This document shows positions 60,937 through 64,000 of a stretch of DNA of 64,000 bases, one piece after another. A program made the position numbers and the translations under genes. The notes under the pieces are model-generated. The model did not search any database. It was not told the DNA's origin and worked only from the letters and a program-made list of their open reading frames with translations. Numbering within the stretch: the first letter of the stretch is position 1; each line of letters starts with the position of its first letter. This stretch comes from Ostrea edulis (Eukaryota): NCBI RefSeq assembly GCF_947568905.1, contig NC_079173.1, forward strand, positions 21,762,001 to 21,826,000, read 5' to 3'.

Positions 60937-63692
60937 ACTGAGATATGTAGTGTACAGAGTCCAGTGACTGAAATATGTGATGTACAGAGTCCGATGACTG
61001 AGATATGTAGTGTACAGAGTCCGATGACTGAGATATGTAGTGTACAGAGTCCGATGACTGAGATATGTAGTGTACAGAGTCCGATGACTGAGATATGTAG
61101 TGTACAGAGTCCAGTGACTGAGATATGTAGTGTACAGAGTCCGATGACTGAGATATGTAGTGTACAGAGTCCAGTGACTGATAGATGTAGTGTACAGAGT
61201 CCGATGATTGAGATATGTAGTGTACAGAGTCCGATGACTGATATATGTAGTGTACAGAGTCCGATAACTGAGATATGTAGTGTACAGAGTCCGATGACTG
61301 ATATATGTAGTGTACAGAGTCCGATGACTGAGATATATAGTGTACAGAGATGATTGAGATACATAGTGTACAGAGTCCGATGATTGAGATATGTAGTGTA
61401 CAGAGTCCGATGACTGAGATATATAGTGTACAGAGATGATTGAGATACATAGTGTACAGAGTCCGATGATTGAGATATGTAGTGTACAGAGTCCGATGAC
61501 TGAAATATGTAGTGTACAAAGTCCGATGACTGAGATAGGTAGTGTACAGAGTCCGATGATTGAGATATGTAGTGTACAAAGTCCGATGACTGAGATATGT
61601 AGTGTACAGCGTCCAATGACTGAGATATGTAGTGTACAGAGTCCGATGACTGAGATATCTAGTGTACAGAGTCCGATGACTAAGATGATATAGTATAGAG
61701 ACTCTGATGATTGAGATGTGTATTGTACAGAGTCCAGAGACTGAGATATGTAGTGTACAGAGTCCGATGACTGAGATATGTAGTGTACAGAGTCCGATGA
61801 CTGAGATATGTAGTGTACAGAGTCTGATGACTGAGATATGTAGTGTACAGAATCCGATGATTGAGATATCTAGTGTACAGAGTTCGATGACTGAGATATC
61901 TAGTGTACCGATTCCGATGACTGAGATATGTGGTGTACAGAGTCTGATGTCTGAGTTATCTAGTGTACAGAGTCCGATGACTGAGATATGTAGTGTACAG
62001 AGTCTGGTGACTGAGATATGTAATGTACAGAGTCTGATGATTGAGATATGTAGTGTACAGAGTCCGATGATTGAGATATGTAGTGTACAGAGTCTGATGA
62101 CTGAGATATGTAGTGTACAGAGCCCAGTGACTGAGATGTATAGTTTACAGAGTCCGATGATTGAGATATGTAGTGTACAGAGTCCGATGACTGAGATATG
62201 TAGTGTACAGAGTCCGATGACTGAGATATGTAGTGTACAGAGTCCGATGACAGATATGTAGTGTACAAAGTCCAATGATTGAGATATGTAGTGTACAGAG
62301 CCCAGTGACTGAGATGTATAGTTTACAGAGTCCGATGATTGAGATATGTAGTGTACAGAGTCCGATGATTGAGATATGTAGTGTACAAAGTTCGATGACT
62401 GAGATATGTAGTGTACAGACTTCGATAACTTAGATATGTAGTGTACAGAGTCCGATGACTGAGATATGTAGTGTACAGAGTCCGATGATTGAGATATGTA
62501 GTGTACAGACTTCGATAACTTAGATATGTAGTGTACAGAGTCCAGTGACTAAGAAATGTAGTGTACAGAGTCCGATATTTGTGATATGTAGTGTATAGAC
62601 TTCGATAACTTAGATATGTAGTGTACAGAGTCCGATGACTGAGATATGTAGTGTACAGAGTCCGATGATTGAGATATGTAGTGTACAGAGTCCGATGACT
62701 GAGATATGTAGTGTACAGAGTCCAGTGACTAAGACATGTAGTGTACAGAGTCCGATATTTGAGATATGTAGTGTACAGACTTCGATAACTTAGATATGTA
62801 GTGTACAGAGTCCGATGACTGAGATATGTAGTGTACAGAGTCCGATGATTGAGATATGTAGTGTACAGAGTTCAGTGACTGAAATATGTAGTGTACAGAA
62901 TCCGATGACTGAGATATGTAGTGTACAGAGTCCGATGACTGTGCTATGTAGTGTACAAAGTCCGATGATTGAGATATGTAGTGTACAGAGCCCAGTGACT
63001 GAGATGTATAGTTTACAGAGTCCGATGATTGATATATATAGTGTACAGAGTCCGATGACTGAGATATGTAGTGTACAAAGTTCGGTGACTGAGATATGTA
63101 GTGTACAGAGTCCGATGACTGAGATATGTAGTGTACAGAGTCCGATGATTAAGATATGTAGTGTACAAAGCCCAGTGACTGAGATGTGTAGTTTACAGAG
63201 TCCGATGATTGAGATATGTAGTGTACAGAGTCTGATGACTGAGATATGTAGTGTACAGAGTCTGATGATTGAGATATGTAGTGTACAAAGTTCGGTGACT
63301 GAGATATGTAGTGTACAGACTTCGATAACTTAGATATGTAGTGTACAGAGTCCGATGACTGAGATATGTAGTGTACAGAGTCTGATGACTGAGATATGAA
63401 GTGTACAGAGTCCGATGATTGAGATATGTAGTGTACAGAGTCCGATGATTGAGATATGTAGTGTACAGAGTTCGATGATTGAGATATGTAGTGCACAGAG
63501 TCCGATGACTGAGATATGTAGTGTACAGAGTCCGATGACTGAGATATGTAGTGTACAGAGTCCGATGACTGAGATATGTAGTGTACAGAGTCCGATGACT
63601 GAGATATGTAGTGTACAGAGTCTGATGACTGAGATATGTAGTGTACAGAGTCCGATGACTGAGATATGTACATGTAGTGTACAGAGTCCCAT
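60937..63692. repeat. 30-bp minisatellite, ~92 copies
   Basis: Unit atgactgagatatgtagtgtacagagtccg. It generates the long repetitive ORFs in the track. Confidence 0.97.
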
Positions 63693-64000
63693 GACGTGTC
63701 TTGACCTATTGAAGAGTATCAAAATTATCAGTATAAAAAACCATGACTCATAAGATTGTAGTAGGTCACCGGCCTCTTGTTTTTATACCGAAATCTAAAC
63801 GGATTAAATGTTTACATTCATGCATATTTACCAATTACAGCTCGAGATCGTGATGAACGAATTCATAAATGTGTTTTCTAATCTATTGTCGAATTTTTTG
63901 TAATTGTGGATTAAGAGAGATGTTAAGTAATTAAAGAAATTCTGTCGCAATTCATGCAGTATGTACTCGCGTAGTACCTTGCAATTTTTCTGAACAAATT

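Noticed and set aside
60918-63753. Long ORFs (up to 446 aa) as genes
   Set aside because: They result from a 30-bp unit lacking stops, are open on both strands and in several frames, and are broken by indels.

Overview
AT-rich eukaryotic (bivalve, very probably oyster/Ostreidae) genomic DNA, mostly intronic and dominated by repeats. No prokaryotic features and no CRISPR array. Two minus-strand multi-exon genes can be reconstructed by hand. (1) A >48-kb gene running from an ATG at 50958 off the left edge of the window. Its exons join in frame to give signal peptide + WSC domain + PKD/Ig-like repeats, i.e. a polycystin-1-like receptor; one exon appears to end at a GC-AG donor. (2) The last two exons (59714-58389) of a type-I membrane protein with a Ser/Thr mucin stalk, a CxCxC/coiled-coil/'SxxDxRPS' juxtamembrane module and one TM helix. 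The introns hold at least seven families of Helentron/HINE ('pearl'-like) non-autonomous elements with ~140-170-bp satellite cores (one is the 166-bp HindIII/Cg170-type satellite). They also hold TIR elements with distinct signatures (5-bp TSD hAT-like, 8-bp hAT, 9-bp TAG..CTA, TTAA Kolobok-like, TA Tc1/pogo-like), fossils of piggyBac, hAT, Penelope-like and LINE coding sequence, tRNA-derived SINEs, and long minisatellites (56, 54, 52, 30, 28, 23 bp). I see no clearly new multi-gene system. The best leads are the gene models and the unusual transposon and satellite architectures. All calls come from reading the sequence; no database search was run.
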